A stretch of 64,000 bases of DNA from an uncultured Nitrososphaerota archaeon. Lineage in GTDB: Archaea; Thermoproteota; Nitrososphaeria; Nitrososphaerales; Nitrosopumilaceae. The stretch lies in assembly GCA_963824385.1 (NCBI GenBank), contig CAWGPD010000004.1:64001-128000 (forward strand), in the 5' to 3' direction. Positions 31,675 through 42,921 of the stretch are shown piece by piece. The number at the start of each line of letters is the position of its first letter. Within the stretch, counting starts at the first letter, position 1. The notes under the pieces were generated by a model. It saw nothing but the letters and a program-made list of their open reading frames with translations, made no database searches and was not told the DNA's origin. A program made the translations under genes and the position numbers.

Positions 31675-34088
31675 TTTCCCCCCATTCCTGATACTTTTTC
31701 TTTTAGCCCTGTTATAATTTCAGATATTTCCTCAAACATTTCTCTTTTCTTAAAAATCAGTATTCCAATTCCTGCAACCACCGGAATAACCAACATCAAT
31801 GGATTAACATCGCCCAGTATTGACAGATTGGTTTTCGGAGCATTATCTGATGGAGTACTACTTACAAGAGGAGCATTAATTGTAATATCTTTTGAAGAAG
31901 TAGTTACTGTGTATGAACCACCTGAAACACTTGCTTCAATGTGAACTTGTCCTGGACTATCGGCTACAAAAGTTATTTTTGCGGTTCCCTGAGAGTTTAT
32001 CTCAGAGTCCATATTCTGAATTTTTGCCCCATCCACTTTCCAGTCAACTTTAAGGCCGTTCAGAGGTACTTGTTTGTAGGTAGCAGTAATCTTAGCAGAC
32101 AGTGGAACATTCGACTCTCCAAAATCAGCTGATTGCATAGTCACATCTGGCGTAATACTAATTACATTAATAACAGATTTTGACAAAGGAATTTCATTTG
32201 CAAGAAGTGCAATCTCTGATGCGCCTCCGCTTTTTGCATAAACAGTAAATGTGGTGAAATAGGAACCACTGGGAATGGTTACACTGTCAGGCATTTCAAT
32301 AACAGATGGATCGCTTGAAACAAGTTTTATTATCATATCATGATTTGAATATGTTGGCATTTGCTGACTGTCTAACAATTCAACTGAAAATGTATCTTGA
32401 ATTCCAGATGTGATTTTTGCCGGATAATCAAACTCTAATGATTCTGGAGTGACCGACGTACCTTCGATTGAAAAGGTTGAAGCAAATTCAGGGGATATAA
32501 CTGACAAGTTTTGCAGGCCATCTTTTAGTAATACACCATCGGATATCAAAATAGGTTGATCCTCGTGTATGGACAATGTATCTGTTTGAATAGAGTCAGA
32601 TGGTGATACCATCAATGGCGTTTCGCCAGTAGAAAAACTAAGAGCGTTATTATTTGTCAGATAATATGCAATTGGGATTGTTGTATGCGTTAGAACGTTT
32701 GCAAGCAATGAGTCGGCCACCAAGGATCTTAAATCGCTTTGAATTGAGCTTATGACAGGAGTTACAGTTTGAGGATTATCAGTTACAACATTAAGTGTAA
32801 CAGGATTTGCCGTGTTGCCAACTTGTGCAAACACAAGTGCCTCTTGTGAACCTTGATCCATCTCTACATCAGGTATTGAAACTACAGAGGGATCAGAAGA
32901 ATCGATTTGAATTTTAAGATTGTCCTTTGCAAGAAGTATGTTTCCTGCCGGGTCTTGAAGATGAAGTACACCAATCAATTCTTTTTGCCCAGTGGCCAGA
33001 ATTGGAAGTGCATCCATCCTAGCAGACTTTACATCAAGTAAGGTGTTATTGTTCGTACTGGTCAGTAGTACAGGAGGCGAGACTAGATTTCCTGCTGCAT
33101 AAGCAGTTACATTAAAAGTTCCAGTGGTTCCTGCTGTAACTTCCATTGGAACATATGTCCAATACGTTCCTTTTTTTATCACAGATTGTTCACCAATTTG
33201 AAATAATGGACTCTCATAGCTGGTGTTAATTTCACCAACACCGCTAGCGTTTGTAATTTGTACTTTTAAAGGAATATCATTTTTTGCAAGAACCGGATTT
33301 CCTGACGCATCATGCAGTTGTATAATGGCATATGCGGATGACTCTGCATACGCATTAATCGTTTGAGGGTAAACATAAAGTTGTACTGTATTTTGGGAAC
33401 TAATTTGATTAACAGTAATTGATGTTGAAACAGATTCCATTGATGAAGAAGAGGCTGTGATTTGTGCAGTTCCCGCATTATTTACTGTAACTTGACCAAC
33501 GGAATAATATTCTCCTTTCTTTATCACTAGAACGTTATCTACCGGGGTTACAATGTTGGCATCAGACGTAGATATCGAGATGGACATATCAGATGTCACA
33601 GGAGTTGGAACGTTGTTATCGTTAATGGTTTCTACAGCAATGTAACCAGATTTTGGGCCATTAGTTGCATATGTAGAAGGAGTTACTTTTATTACTAATT
33701 TTGTTGCAATGTTAGGATCAGTGTAAACCGTTAGATCAAACTCATTTGAAGAAAAACCCGGTGCCGCAAGTGCAATTTTAACATCACCAGCAGCAAAAGC
33801 CTTTATTTTTATATTAGATATCATATGAGTTTGGTCTTGTGCAATTCCCATTATTTGCACTATGGACGGATCAGATGATGTTGCAACCAAGTTGTCAACT
33901 GGAATATCATCCGTTTGTGAATAAACCTCTATAACCCCTTCTGTATTTTCTACAATCTTTCCTGGAATTATCTTCATTTCAAGAGCTGCTGGAGTTGAGA
34001 CATCAGCATATGCTGGAAAAACTAAAGATGTCATTAACAGCAACACAAGCAGATATCTCAAATTATCCATATCTGACTTTAAATACAA
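31671..34088 (-). CDS. Large secreted Ig-like repeat surface protein with C-terminal membrane anchor
   Basis: Signal peptide (..FPAYA); repeated S(S/T)DxSIV/VV/VI motifs; C-terminal TM followed by KKRE; directly after the pilus platform gene. Confidence 0.85.
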   Translation of the reverse strand: MYLKSDMDNLRYLLVLLLMTSLVFPAYADVSTPAALEMKIIPGKIVENTEGVIEVYSQTDDIPVDNLVATSSDPSIVQIMGIAQDQTHMISNIKIKAFAAGDVKIALAAPGFSSNEFDLTVYTDPNIATKLVIKVTPSTYATNGPKSGYIAVETINDNNVPTPVTSDMSISISTSDANIVTPVDNVLVIKKGEYYSVGQVTVNNAGTAQITASSSSMESVSTSITVNQISSQNTVQLYVYPQTINAYAESSAYAIIQLHDASGNPVLAKNDIPLKVQITNASGVGEINTSYESPLFQIGEQSVIKKGTYWTYVPMEVTAGTTGTFNVTAYAAGNLVSPPVLLTSTNNNTLLDVKSARMDALPILATGQKELIGVLHLQDPAGNILLAKDNLKIQIDSSDPSVVSIPDVEMDQGSQEALVFAQVGNTANPVTLNVVTDNPQTVTPVISSIQSDLRSLVADSLLANVLTHTTIPIAYYLTNNNALSFSTGETPLMVSPSDSIQTDTLSIHEDQPILISDGVLLKDGLQNLSVISPEFASTFSIEGTSVTPESLEFDYPAKITSGIQDTFSVELLDSQQMPTYSNHDMIIKLVSSDPSVIEMPDSVTIPSGSYFTTFTVYAKSGGASEIALLANEIPLSKSVINVISITPDVTMQSADFGESNVPLSAKITATYKQVPLNGLKVDWKVDGAKIQNMDSEINSQGTAKITFVADSPGQVHIEASVSGGSYTVTTSSKDITINAPLVSSTPSDNAPKTNLSILGDVNPLMLVIPVVAGIGILIFKKREMFEEISEIITGLKEKVSGMGGN

Positions 34089-34121
34089 TATAAGATCAGG
34101 TATGACTTTTTTTATGACATA

Positions 34122-35591
34122 CTATGATGATGAGGGCTTGGACAGTATAGAACCAATATCAATTACATGCAATTGTATCATGCCAATTGAGAGCAGAGTA
34201 ATTATAGTAAGCAACATGGAAAATACAAATCCTCCAGAATAAGCCCCTTTAGTTATTTTACCAAGAAAAAGACCTGCAAGCCAGGCTTGAGCTACAACAG
34301 CTATTGATACTACCTCAAGTAATGAACTTGATTGTCCCGATGTTTCAGTATTATTATTTACAATATTTTTCCCTTTGTCAATTTCAGAAAAAGAATCTAT
34401 TGTAAGCAGTGTAGTAAAACCAGTAATAATTATCAGCATAAAACCAACCATCACATATGGTTGTAACATATCACGTTTATTTTTTGTAATATTTCGAATT
34501 TTTTCACTTGCATCAGTCAGAGAGTCAAGTGTATTTACATTTCCCCCTCCTGAAGATATTATTTCAAACAATATTCTAAAACTTACTAATACTTGGAAAT
34601 TTTTGATTTCTTTTTCAAGTGTTTCAAAAATATTGAATAGCGGTATGCCCCATTCAAGTTTGTTTGCAATGGTGTTTGCCACAATGTTAAATGATTTGAA
34701 GTCTTTTCTTTTGCATGCATGAATTATGCATTTTTCTGGTCCCATCCCAGCCTTTCTTGCTTCCGTAATATCTCGTAAGATTTGAGGTGTTGCCTCTTCA
34801 GCATGAATATTTCTGGTATAGATTTTTTTAAATTTCATAGTAGGCCATATAGATGCAATAACTAAAGATATGCCCAAAATGTATGGATTGGCGTGCATGT
34901 TAGAAAAAACTCCAGATATAATCAGAATTATGCCTACCAAAACAGGTGGCAATGCAAACTTTAGTATTTTTTTTACTTCAAGTTCTGGAATGTTAGAATA
35001 ATTCATTTTTTGCACCATTTTCATAAATCCAATAGAGACTATTGGAGAAAAGAACAATAGGGCATAAGGCGGTTGTGAAGGAGTATTATCACTTGAACCG
35101 CTAAGTGGGTTTGACCCGATTGCTGCTATGAGTATAAAAACAGCCAGTATGACTATTTGCATTGTAAGCCATCCGTGAACAACACCACTTAGTTTTTCAA
35201 CTGATTGTTTTTCAGCATTTTCAAGCCTGTCGTATGAACCAGTCATTTTACTTTTCAAGTAATTAACTACATTACCACCACTTTGAATAGCAGAAACATA
35301 TCCACTCAGAAATTCACCTAATGCTTTTGAAGAAGGCCTATCCTTTGCTTGGTCTAATGCGCTAAGCGGGTCTATTCCAAGCAAATCAATTCTTTTGATA
35401 ATCTTAATTATTTCTCCTTGAATAATAGGCAAGAGATTGATCTCTTTTATTTTCTGTAGCATTGTATAAGGACCAAGTCCACTGGACGCAAGTAAAGACA
35501 TTATAGTAATAAAATATGGTAACTCTCTATCGATCTTTTTGTTCTGTTTTTTTTCGTAATCTGCCTGATCAAGTTTTTTTAGTGAAATCAT
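34122..35591 (-). CDS. Type IV pilus/T2SS membrane platform protein (TadC/PilC-like, two T2SSF domains)
   Basis: IDRELPYFITIMSLLASSG, SGGNV twice, PQILRDITEARKAG; multi-TM. Confidence 0.93.
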   Translation of the reverse strand: MISLKKLDQADYEKKQNKKIDRELPYFITIMSLLASSGLGPYTMLQKIKEINLLPIIQGEIIKIIKRIDLLGIDPLSALDQAKDRPSSKALGEFLSGYVSAIQSGGNVVNYLKSKMTGSYDRLENAEKQSVEKLSGVVHGWLTMQIVILAVFILIAAIGSNPLSGSSDNTPSQPPYALLFFSPIVSIGFMKMVQKMNYSNIPELEVKKILKFALPPVLVGIILIISGVFSNMHANPYILGISLVIASIWPTMKFKKIYTRNIHAEEATPQILRDITEARKAGMGPEKCIIHACKRKDFKSFNIVANTIANKLEWGIPLFNIFETLEKEIKNFQVLVSFRILFEIISSGGGNVNTLDSLTDASEKIRNITKNKRDMLQPYVMVGFMLIIITGFTTLLTIDSFSEIDKGKNIVNNNTETSGQSSSLLEVVSIAVVAQAWLAGLFLGKITKGAYSGGFVFSMLLTIITLLSIGMIQLHVIDIGSILSKPSSS

Positions 35592-37143
35592 TTAGGCATT
35601 CCCTAATTCTATTTTTTGCAATAATGATTCTGGATCTCGGTAATATTTCCCGACTACTTCGGCCACTTTTTTATAATTTCGAATATCATTTTCAAGCATC
35701 CATTTAAGAATCATGATCCTTTTTTCATGTTCCTCAAGTAGTTCATTGAAATCACGACCTGACGCATCTGCCATTTTTTTAAACAGATTGCTATCTTTGA
35801 GATTGTCATCAAAATTATCAGTTTTTGGATTCCACAGAAAATGCTGGATACGAAGAGTTGGAAGATATAATTTCAGATACGGCAATAGCTCTTCTACTGC
35901 TTTGCCCCGTAGAATTTTCCTTTACTCTTTTTATGACAACTGCGCAATTCATTAGAGAGATATATGCAGGCGGAATGTCCATTGGCTTTTGTTGTAGTCT
36001 TTTTATTGCAGATTCAAGACCATCTGCGTGCATGGTACACAATCCACCGTGACCTGTGGCCATGGCTTGAAACATCACATATGCTTCAGAACCTCTAATT
36101 TCACCCACGACAATATAGTCAGGCCTATGTCGTACTCCTGCTTTTATCAAATCATACATTCCTATTTCACCTTCACCGCTCAAGCCAAATCCACTTCTTG
36201 AGACTAGAGTAAACCAGTTTTCATGATTGATATTAATTTCAGCAACATCTTCTACTGAGAAAATTTTGTAATCAGGGTGAACAAGACCTGTAATTGCATT
36301 AAGAATTGTTGTCTTTCCACTACCAGTTGAGCCTATAATTATAAAAGATTGTTTGGCTTCTACCAGCATCCAAAGATATGCTGCTATTGAAATGCTTATA
36401 GTTCCAAATTTTATCAAATCAATAACAGTATAAGGATCTTCTCGGAATTTTCTTATTGTAAAGCTTGTTCCTTTTGGAGTTACTTCCTTTTGATATAAAA
36501 CAGATATTCTATGATTTCCTTGTAGTGCCAAATCAGATATTGGAAAAGCCGTGCTTATGTGTTTTCCAGCTCTGAACACAATTCTAGAAACAAATGAATT
36601 CAATTGTTCATTTGATGCATACTGGATATTTGTTGGGATGCTGTCATAATTTCTATGCCATATGAAAATTGGTTTATCAGTTCCACTACAGCTTACATCT
36701 TCAATGTTTACATCATGCATTAGTGGATCAATTAGACCAAATCCTACGATATCACGTTTCAAATAATATTTCACCTTCTCCATGCTACTCATACTAGAGT
36801 GATTCAGAAACATCTTCTCGTTTTCCTTAAGAATTGCATTTAGATGACCTTCAAAATTTTGATTGCCGCCAGAGGTGGATGGAGATTCTAAACTTTCTTC
36901 AATGAGTTTGTAAAGCGTTTGGAAGATCAGCGTATCTTCTCGGTTTAGACGTAATTCATCTACAAAATAGAGATATGTGGACTTTTCAGCATTATACAAG
37001 ATATTTGCATAACTAAAGGGAGGCAGTAATGGATACTTTTTTACAATTTCATAACCGGAAGGAATTTGACTTTGGCCTTCATCCATGATTTGACTTGCCA
37101 GAAAAGTTTCAATTTCATTGGATTTATTTGATTTATTTTTCAT
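35592..37143 (-). CDS. Type IV pilus assembly ATPase (VirB11/PilB-like), one +1 frameshift at ~35835
   Basis: GSTGSGKTT, SVEDVAEI, RHRPDYIVVGEIRG, ATGHGGLCTMHA. One-base removal gives AF(S/L)WNPKTD, paralleling ArlI VFNWDP. Confidence 0.93.
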
Positions 37144-37154
37144 TTGTTAGCACC

Positions 37155-37193
37155 AAAAATAAAAAAGGAAAAAGGGTAGGCATTTTTTAGCCT
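37155..37193 (-). terminator. Short hairpin plus U-rich terminator after the putative major pilin
   Basis: Minus strand reads aggctaaaaaatgcct-acccttttt-ccttttttattttt immediately after the stop. Confidence 0.55.
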
Positions 37194-37893
37194 CTATGAT
37201 TTGCTTGCAACAGTAACTGATTGCGGTGCGCCCACATTACCAGCATAGATTGCTACACTGCTTTGTGAACCAGCATCAACGGTACTCAAAATTCCGTTTG
37301 GAACTTCAAAGTATACTACTGCCCTATCACCTGGCTTCAAAGAAATTGGACCAGATGCTTGTGTGAAGCACATTGTTGGATTTGCACTTGCTAGACCAAA
37401 CTCATTGATATAAAATTGAGTTGGACTATTACTAACACACCCAGCTGGTGCAGCCGCAGCATAACTTTGCATCATACCGGATGGTACTAATGGATTAGTA
37501 ACACGGTAAGTATGATGTCGCAGTTCCAGTAAAGTTTAGCTGAGCCTGGAAGTTTGCAACAGTGACTTGAGTAGGATTACTGTCATAATACCAGCTTGCA
37601 AATGGTATTTGACTACCACGTACACTAATCTGGTCTACAGACAATATCTTGTCTCCACTATTTCTAATCTCTGCGGCACCCCACACATATGTTGGCGATA
37701 CACCAGTTGTAGCGTTTACCCACATCTGTGTACCTTGAGCCGTTACGCCGGATGATTGTGCACCTGTCTGGAATAGGCTTGTACCATATAGTACAACACC
37801 TGTTCCAAGAACAACTGACGCAACCAAGATGATCAGCGTAGTAAGCACGGCACTGATTGCCTTTCTGTTCTTTGTTCTAAGGAACATATTCAT
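37194..37893 (-). CDS. Type IV pilin, likely the major pilin; one +1 frameshift at ~37504
   Basis: RKA/ISAVLTTLIILVASVVLG; IRNSGD; one-base removal gives SYLP-VTNPLVPSGMMQ; ISLKPGD. Confidence 0.85.
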
Positions 37894-37950
37894 TATTAGC
37901 AAGTATGATAGTGGAGAATATCTCACCTAGCATGTAATTTTGACTTACAC

Positions 37951-39502
37951 CTAGTCTGATGAGACCGTCTTGTATGCAGTAATAAATTTGGCCACAAGTT
38001 GTCCAAGATTGGAGGAGCCACGCATACTATTCCTAAAACGCTTTGAGGTGGATTTGGATACACCTATGGCAATTAATGAGACCCCTGATGCGTCAAGTTT
38101 TTTGGCAATTTTAGCAAGATGTTGATGTATTCTTTCATAACCCGATGGATGCCCATCTGTAATAATAAAAATATATTTTCGTTCTCGTGAGTCGTCTGAT
38201 AACATCCTACGAGCTAATTCTATTGCATCGGGTAATAACGACAACCCATTATTTTCTAACGAACCAATTCGTGCTTGCACTTCACGGCCATATTTTTCTT
38301 TAAAATCTTTTAGGATTTGTAAATTGTTATCAAAACTAAATAAAGCCCAAGCATCGGATTTTCCTGTCAGATCATTTGTTGCTTCAGCGATACAAACCGT
38401 AAATTCTTTAATTTGTTGAAATCGCAAACTCATACTTGCGCTATTATCTATCAAAATTACCCATGCGGCTTCAACTCGTTTTATTTCGTCTCGTTCAAAA
38501 ACATCAACGTATTGTCCTTCTGATGCAATAGACTGTATTGCCATTTGCATGTTAAGGTAACCCACCTCACCAATTTTTGGTTCGTCAAAAAGGTTTGTTA
38601 CCATTTGTATTTGTTGACGAATCCGCCTCAATAATGGAGTCACTTTTTCTTTGATTTGCAAAAAATCATGGAAATTTCCTTGAGGAATGGTAATTGCACC
38701 AAAATTAAGATCTTTCAAATTCTTTTCGTATCGTCTGAGCAATTTTGATTTGAATTGCTCATCTTCTAACCATAATTCATCAAGTCGTATAGCATTTTCA
38801 TTGAATGACCCACGTGGTTCAAAATCAGGACTATGTTGCTCAGTCTTCAATATTTGTCTCACATCATGTCTTTCATAGTAGGGAGGAACATCTTCGGGAA
38901 GTAATTCCCTGTTTTTATAAAGCAAGGTTGCAAACAAGAGCGCGTCATCCAGGGTATTCATCTCATGTGTTCTCATCTTTGTAATTTTTTCCTCATTAGA
39001 TAATCCGAAAAAGTTCAAATCGGCATCCCGAGAATTAAAAGAATTTTTTTGAGTTTTGGACATAGATTTGAGATTAATGTTTTTCATGTTTTCCCATACA
39101 TCAGAATCAGTATGAGAAATGTATCTTTCAACAGAAATATCCTCGATACAGTCTATCACACGTAAACAGACATCTTCTGTTTTTGATTTCTTCCAAGAAT
39201 CATATATCGAATATCTTGAGACACACGCATGAGCTGCAAGGTGATAGATTGTAGCTAAAAACAAGCACCAAAGATTTTGCCTACCATTTGGGGTGTGATC
39301 AAATAGTATGCCTTCAAACAGATATTTGTTGTCCTGTTTTCTTGGTAGAGGAATAATAATTTCTAGTTCAGAATTACATATTATCACTGGAAACAAGATC
39401 TTTTTTGAAAAAACAAGATTCAGACTGCCTGGTTTTATCTGAGAAAAATTGTAAAAAATATCTTCAGCTGAATTCTAAAAAACTTGATCCTTTTTCTTTC
39501 AT
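37951..39502 (-). CDS. NorD/CbbO-like vWA domain protein (+1 frameshift at ~39475; ATG overlaps the moxR stop)
   Basis: LIDNSASM MIDAS motif, ITDGHP, IAIGV; N-terminal HLAAH. The corrected N-terminus reads MKEKGSSFLNSAEDIF. Confidence 0.88.
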
Positions 39503-40512
39503 CAGATTCCAGCTATTTTACAAATTATCTTTCTTACCATCCCTTGGACTTCGACATCATCACTAGTTAGTGAAATTATTGTTTCTTCTGCAGCGTCTTT
39601 TAGTGAAGCGCCATCAGAAATCAGTAATGCCCAGTTTAATAGATCACCTACAGATGGACCATAAGGAAGATCACCTGATTTGTATTGTTTTCGTAGTTCG
39701 GCCCCAACTCTGACTATTATTTCTGCATCTTGTCTGCTCAAGCCATTGGTTTTTTTAATTAAAAGATCAATCTCTTTTTCATCAATCTTTGAGCCCACAC
39801 TCATATAGTCAAAGTTTAACCAGACACTCATTCTCCTTCGCATTGCAGCGTTTATGGGTTTAGTGCCCGCAAATTCAGAAGATACCGGATTCATGCTGAT
39901 TATCAAAAAAGCATCTTTATGTCGTTGAATTATCTCATTATCTTTTTCTGTTAAAACCATATGACCTCGTTGATCCAAAATAGGATTAAGTCTTGTAGCA
40001 ATATCTTGTTTCATCATATTTGCCTCATCAAGATACAATATTCCGCCATATCTGCTCCAAGATGTTATTAATCCATCAATCCAATTTTCTTTTCCTAGTC
40101 CAACATATCTTCCAAAAAGATCAAAAACAGATGTTTGTAAACCACAGTTTATCTCCCATATTGGAAGACCGGCAAGCTCTGCCACTAGATAAACAATATG
40201 GGTTTTCCCGGTACCACTTGGTCCAATTAATGCACATTGTTTAAAAAATGATAAGGCTCTTGCAATTCTTTCTACATATTTTTCGCCATTATCAAGATAT
40301 GCAGGAGTATCTCTTGGTATGAGTTCAGATATCTCAGAGGAAAATGAAAATTTTTCTGGGTCAAGATATTTTTTCAGGTCATAATTTTTTGATAGGGCAT
40401 GTGTACTTTTTTTTAACGTGGAGACATGAATATTAAGAGTAAAATTCTCGTCATGGATTTTGGAATTTATTACTTCTTTCATCCTTTGATCAGGAGGATT
40501 TTTGATACTCAT
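39502..40512 (-). CDS. MoxR AAA+ ATPase of CbbQ/NirQ/NorQ type
   Basis: GPSGTGKT, LYLDEAN, ISMNP, AMRRR, WLNFDY. Confidence 0.93.
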   Translation of the reverse strand: MSIKNPPDQRMKEVINSKIHDENFTLNIHVSTLKKSTHALSKNYDLKKYLDPEKFSFSSEISELIPRDTPAYLDNGEKYVERIARALSFFKQCALIGPSGTGKTHIVYLVAELAGLPIWEINCGLQTSVFDLFGRYVGLGKENWIDGLITSWSRYGGILYLDEANMMKQDIATRLNPILDQRGHMVLTEKDNEIIQRHKDAFLIISMNPVSSEFAGTKPINAAMRRRMSVWLNFDYMSVGSKIDEKEIDLLIKKTNGLSRQDAEIIVRVGAELRKQYKSGDLPYGPSVGDLLNWALLISDGASLKDAAEETIISLTSDDVEVQGMVRKIICKIAGI

Positions 40513-40604
40513 ATGTTTTCATTAGACAAAGCACACTAAAATGCATGACATGTATCATCAAACTACATACAGGTGATTAAGTTTCATAATATTTTATCAT
40601 ATCT

Positions 40605-41111
40605 ATGAATTTAAGAATAGAGACAAACTCACTTGCATTTTCAAAATTAAAAAATGAACACGGTTTTGTTAAATACAATATTGAAGCGTCACTTGACGAA
40701 GTAGAAAACAGAGATTCCGAAGTTGTGTTAAAATTCAAGCTTATCCTTTTGTCAAATCCTACAAATGCCAAAATTTCAGTAGATGGTTTGGCAACACTTT
40801 ATGGAGACCAGGTTGAAATATCAAAGCAACTGAGTCCAGACGAAAAAAACATTCCAATAATTTTGAATTTAATATATCAAGAGATCTTTCCGTTGTTTTT
40901 TATCATGTCAAAGAGTATGCAGATACCATGCCCAGCATATAGGCTCTCACAGATGTCATATGCATCACAGACAGAAAAGATTGTCTCCGAATCTTCACAT
41001 GAATCAAATAATACCAACGTAGTTGGGTTTTCTAGTCAAAATGAATTGCATGAACAAGTCGAGATTGAGCCACCATCAGACCAAAAGCAAATCATCGAAC
41101 AGCAAATGTAA
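40605..41111 (+). CDS. Hypothetical protein, possible SecB-like fold
   Basis: Four alternating beta-strand-like segments followed by ILNLIYQEIFPLFFIMSKSMQIPCP and an acidic tail. Confidence 0.6.
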   Translation: MNLRIETNSLAFSKLKNEHGFVKYNIEASLDEVENRDSEVVLKFKLILLSNPTNAKISVDGLATLYGDQVEISKQLSPDEKNIPIILNLIYQEIFPLFFIMSKSMQIPCPAYRLSQMSYASQTEKIVSESSHESNNTNVVGFSSQNELHEQVEIEPPSDQKQIIEQQM

Positions 41112-41235
41112 GCGTATTTGACATACGCAAATATCAATAATAGAACTTTTTGATAAAACATCAGATGTGTAATAGACGACTTTGCATAATTTTAAAATTC
41201 TCTTTTCATATTGACGGAAATTTTTAAAATCAGTT

Positions 41236-42921
41236 CTATCCTTTTTGAATCTCTACTAAAATCATCGGTGTGGGAATAGATGCCAATATTGTAGCACCGG
41301 ATGGATATGTAACCGGTAATGAACCATAAGTATAGCTTACTGTATAAGCAGTCCCAAATCCTTTTGCACCCATTGTGTTGACATATCCTAACACTGGCGG
41401 AATTGCATCTACAGTATTTGCTCTAAAAGTCGGTTGAGTTGTTGCTGCAGTACCACAAGTCCAAGCTTCCCAATAGAGTCCTTTAGTCAAGGTAATGGGA
41501 GTTCCAAATGTCAAAGTTTTAACTGATGCAGTAGTTGTAAATGTACCAACATCACTTCCAGTAACTAATGTTTGAGGATAGACATTGCCATTATCTCGAT
41601 AAATTCCTATATGACATGTTGTTGTTGTAGGATTTGCAGCAGTAGAAATTTCTGCCTGAATCTCATTAATTGTTAGTGTATGAGGAACTACCCAAGGAGT
41701 TGTTCTCAAAGTAGACGGTGTTGAAATAAGTATACTTGAATTAGTGGGATGTATCGCATTACCATACCATGCTGTTGTTGACCCTCTCATGAAATAATCT
41801 ACTGGTTCTGATGGATCAAATCCGATGGTTTTCCAGTTTGAACCGTCACTTATGACCTTGACTAGTTGATCTTGATGCGTGAGATTCATTGAACCAGAGG
41901 GAGAATAATACCCATCAATTGTTTGCGAAGCAGTGGTAAGGATTCTCACCATGTTTCCAGCAGAAACAGAACCGTCTCGTATAGTAAAAGTTTTGCCAGT
42001 GTGTCCAACTGAGTTTGGCAAAGTTACAATCGTAGTTGCAGATGTGGTATTGAAATTAACAGTATCTTCTGTATATAACAAAGTATGACTAGCAGAATAC
42101 GTGCTATATGCTTCCACAATTCCAGTAGTTGTTGAACCTAGTACAACATTTTGCGAGACAGTGTTATAGAGATAACCATTTTGAAGTGATGCTTGGAAAT
42201 TAGCCGTATATCCATTAGAGCCATTAATGTTATAATTCCACTGGAAAAATGTTTCAGCCCCATTGTTCAAAATTGGGTAAGAGGATGGAGTAGGGCCTGA
42301 AATCAGAGTAGCTTTGCCAACACCTGTCACATTACTAACTACCATATTTGGCACAATATTGGTAAGTGCTCCGCCATTTGTCATGTTGTTTGTTACGCCA
42401 AGAAGTAGAGTAGCGATAAAATTATTGGACCCAGTAGATGGTAACGCAAATAATTGTAAATATACTGGTGCTTGACTTGCAGAATTTACAAAAAACTCCT
42501 TGACGTTTCCACGCATAGTAACTAGTTTAAGGTCATATCCTTGAGTCGGCTTGGCATAAAGTGGGAGGCTTTGCCCTATCTGTGAAAGAGAATTTCCAGG
42601 GTATACAATTTGGTTAACAGCATATTTGGAAGTGCCCCAAGTGATATCGGTTTTATTCTCAACCCATAGTCTGTCAATAGTAATTGGAATGCTTCCTGAG
42701 TTTTGTACTGTAATATTGAATTTATTATTAGCTATAGTTACCTGAGTTATTGAAAATGTTTCATGGTTTGCATCTGCCTGGGCTTGACTTTTTGTTACAA
42801 ACGCACCAGTAAAATTATTCAGTAAATTCATATCATAATTAACAAAGGTTACAGCAGTTGTAAAAATTATAATAAAAAAAACAGCTCCAACTACAGTGCT
42901 TATGCCCCGTCTATTGTTCAT
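41236..42921 (-). CDS. Large accessory type IV pilin/adhesin with tail-fibre-like C-terminal domains
   Basis: MNNRRG/ISTVVGAVFFIIIF; VQNSGSIPITIDRLWV and LVTMRGN pilin motifs; Thr/Ser-rich beta domains. Confidence 0.85.
   Translation of the reverse strand: MNNRRGISTVVGAVFFIIIFTTAVTFVNYDMNLLNNFTGAFVTKSQAQADANHETFSITQVTIANNKFNITVQNSGSIPITIDRLWVENKTDITWGTSKYAVNQIVYPGNSLSQIGQSLPLYAKPTQGYDLKLVTMRGNVKEFFVNSASQAPVYLQLFALPSTGSNNFIATLLLGVTNNMTNGGALTNIVPNMVVSNVTGVGKATLISGPTPSSYPILNNGAETFFQWNYNINGSNGYTANFQASLQNGYLYNTVSQNVVLGSTTTGIVEAYSTYSASHTLLYTEDTVNFNTTSATTIVTLPNSVGHTGKTFTIRDGSVSAGNMVRILTTASQTIDGYYSPSGSMNLTHQDQLVKVISDGSNWKTIGFDPSEPVDYFMRGSTTAWYGNAIHPTNSSILISTPSTLRTTPWVVPHTLTINEIQAEISTAANPTTTTCHIGIYRDNGNVYPQTLVTGSDVGTFTTTASVKTLTFGTPITLTKGLYWEAWTCGTAATTQPTFRANTVDAIPPVLGYVNTMGAKGFGTAYTVSYTYGSLPVTYPSGATILASIPTPMILVEIQKG

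Noticed and set aside
41112..41128. gcgtat-ttgac-atacgc hairpin as an ncRNA
   Set aside because: A short stem right after a stop codon between convergent genes; more likely a terminator element.
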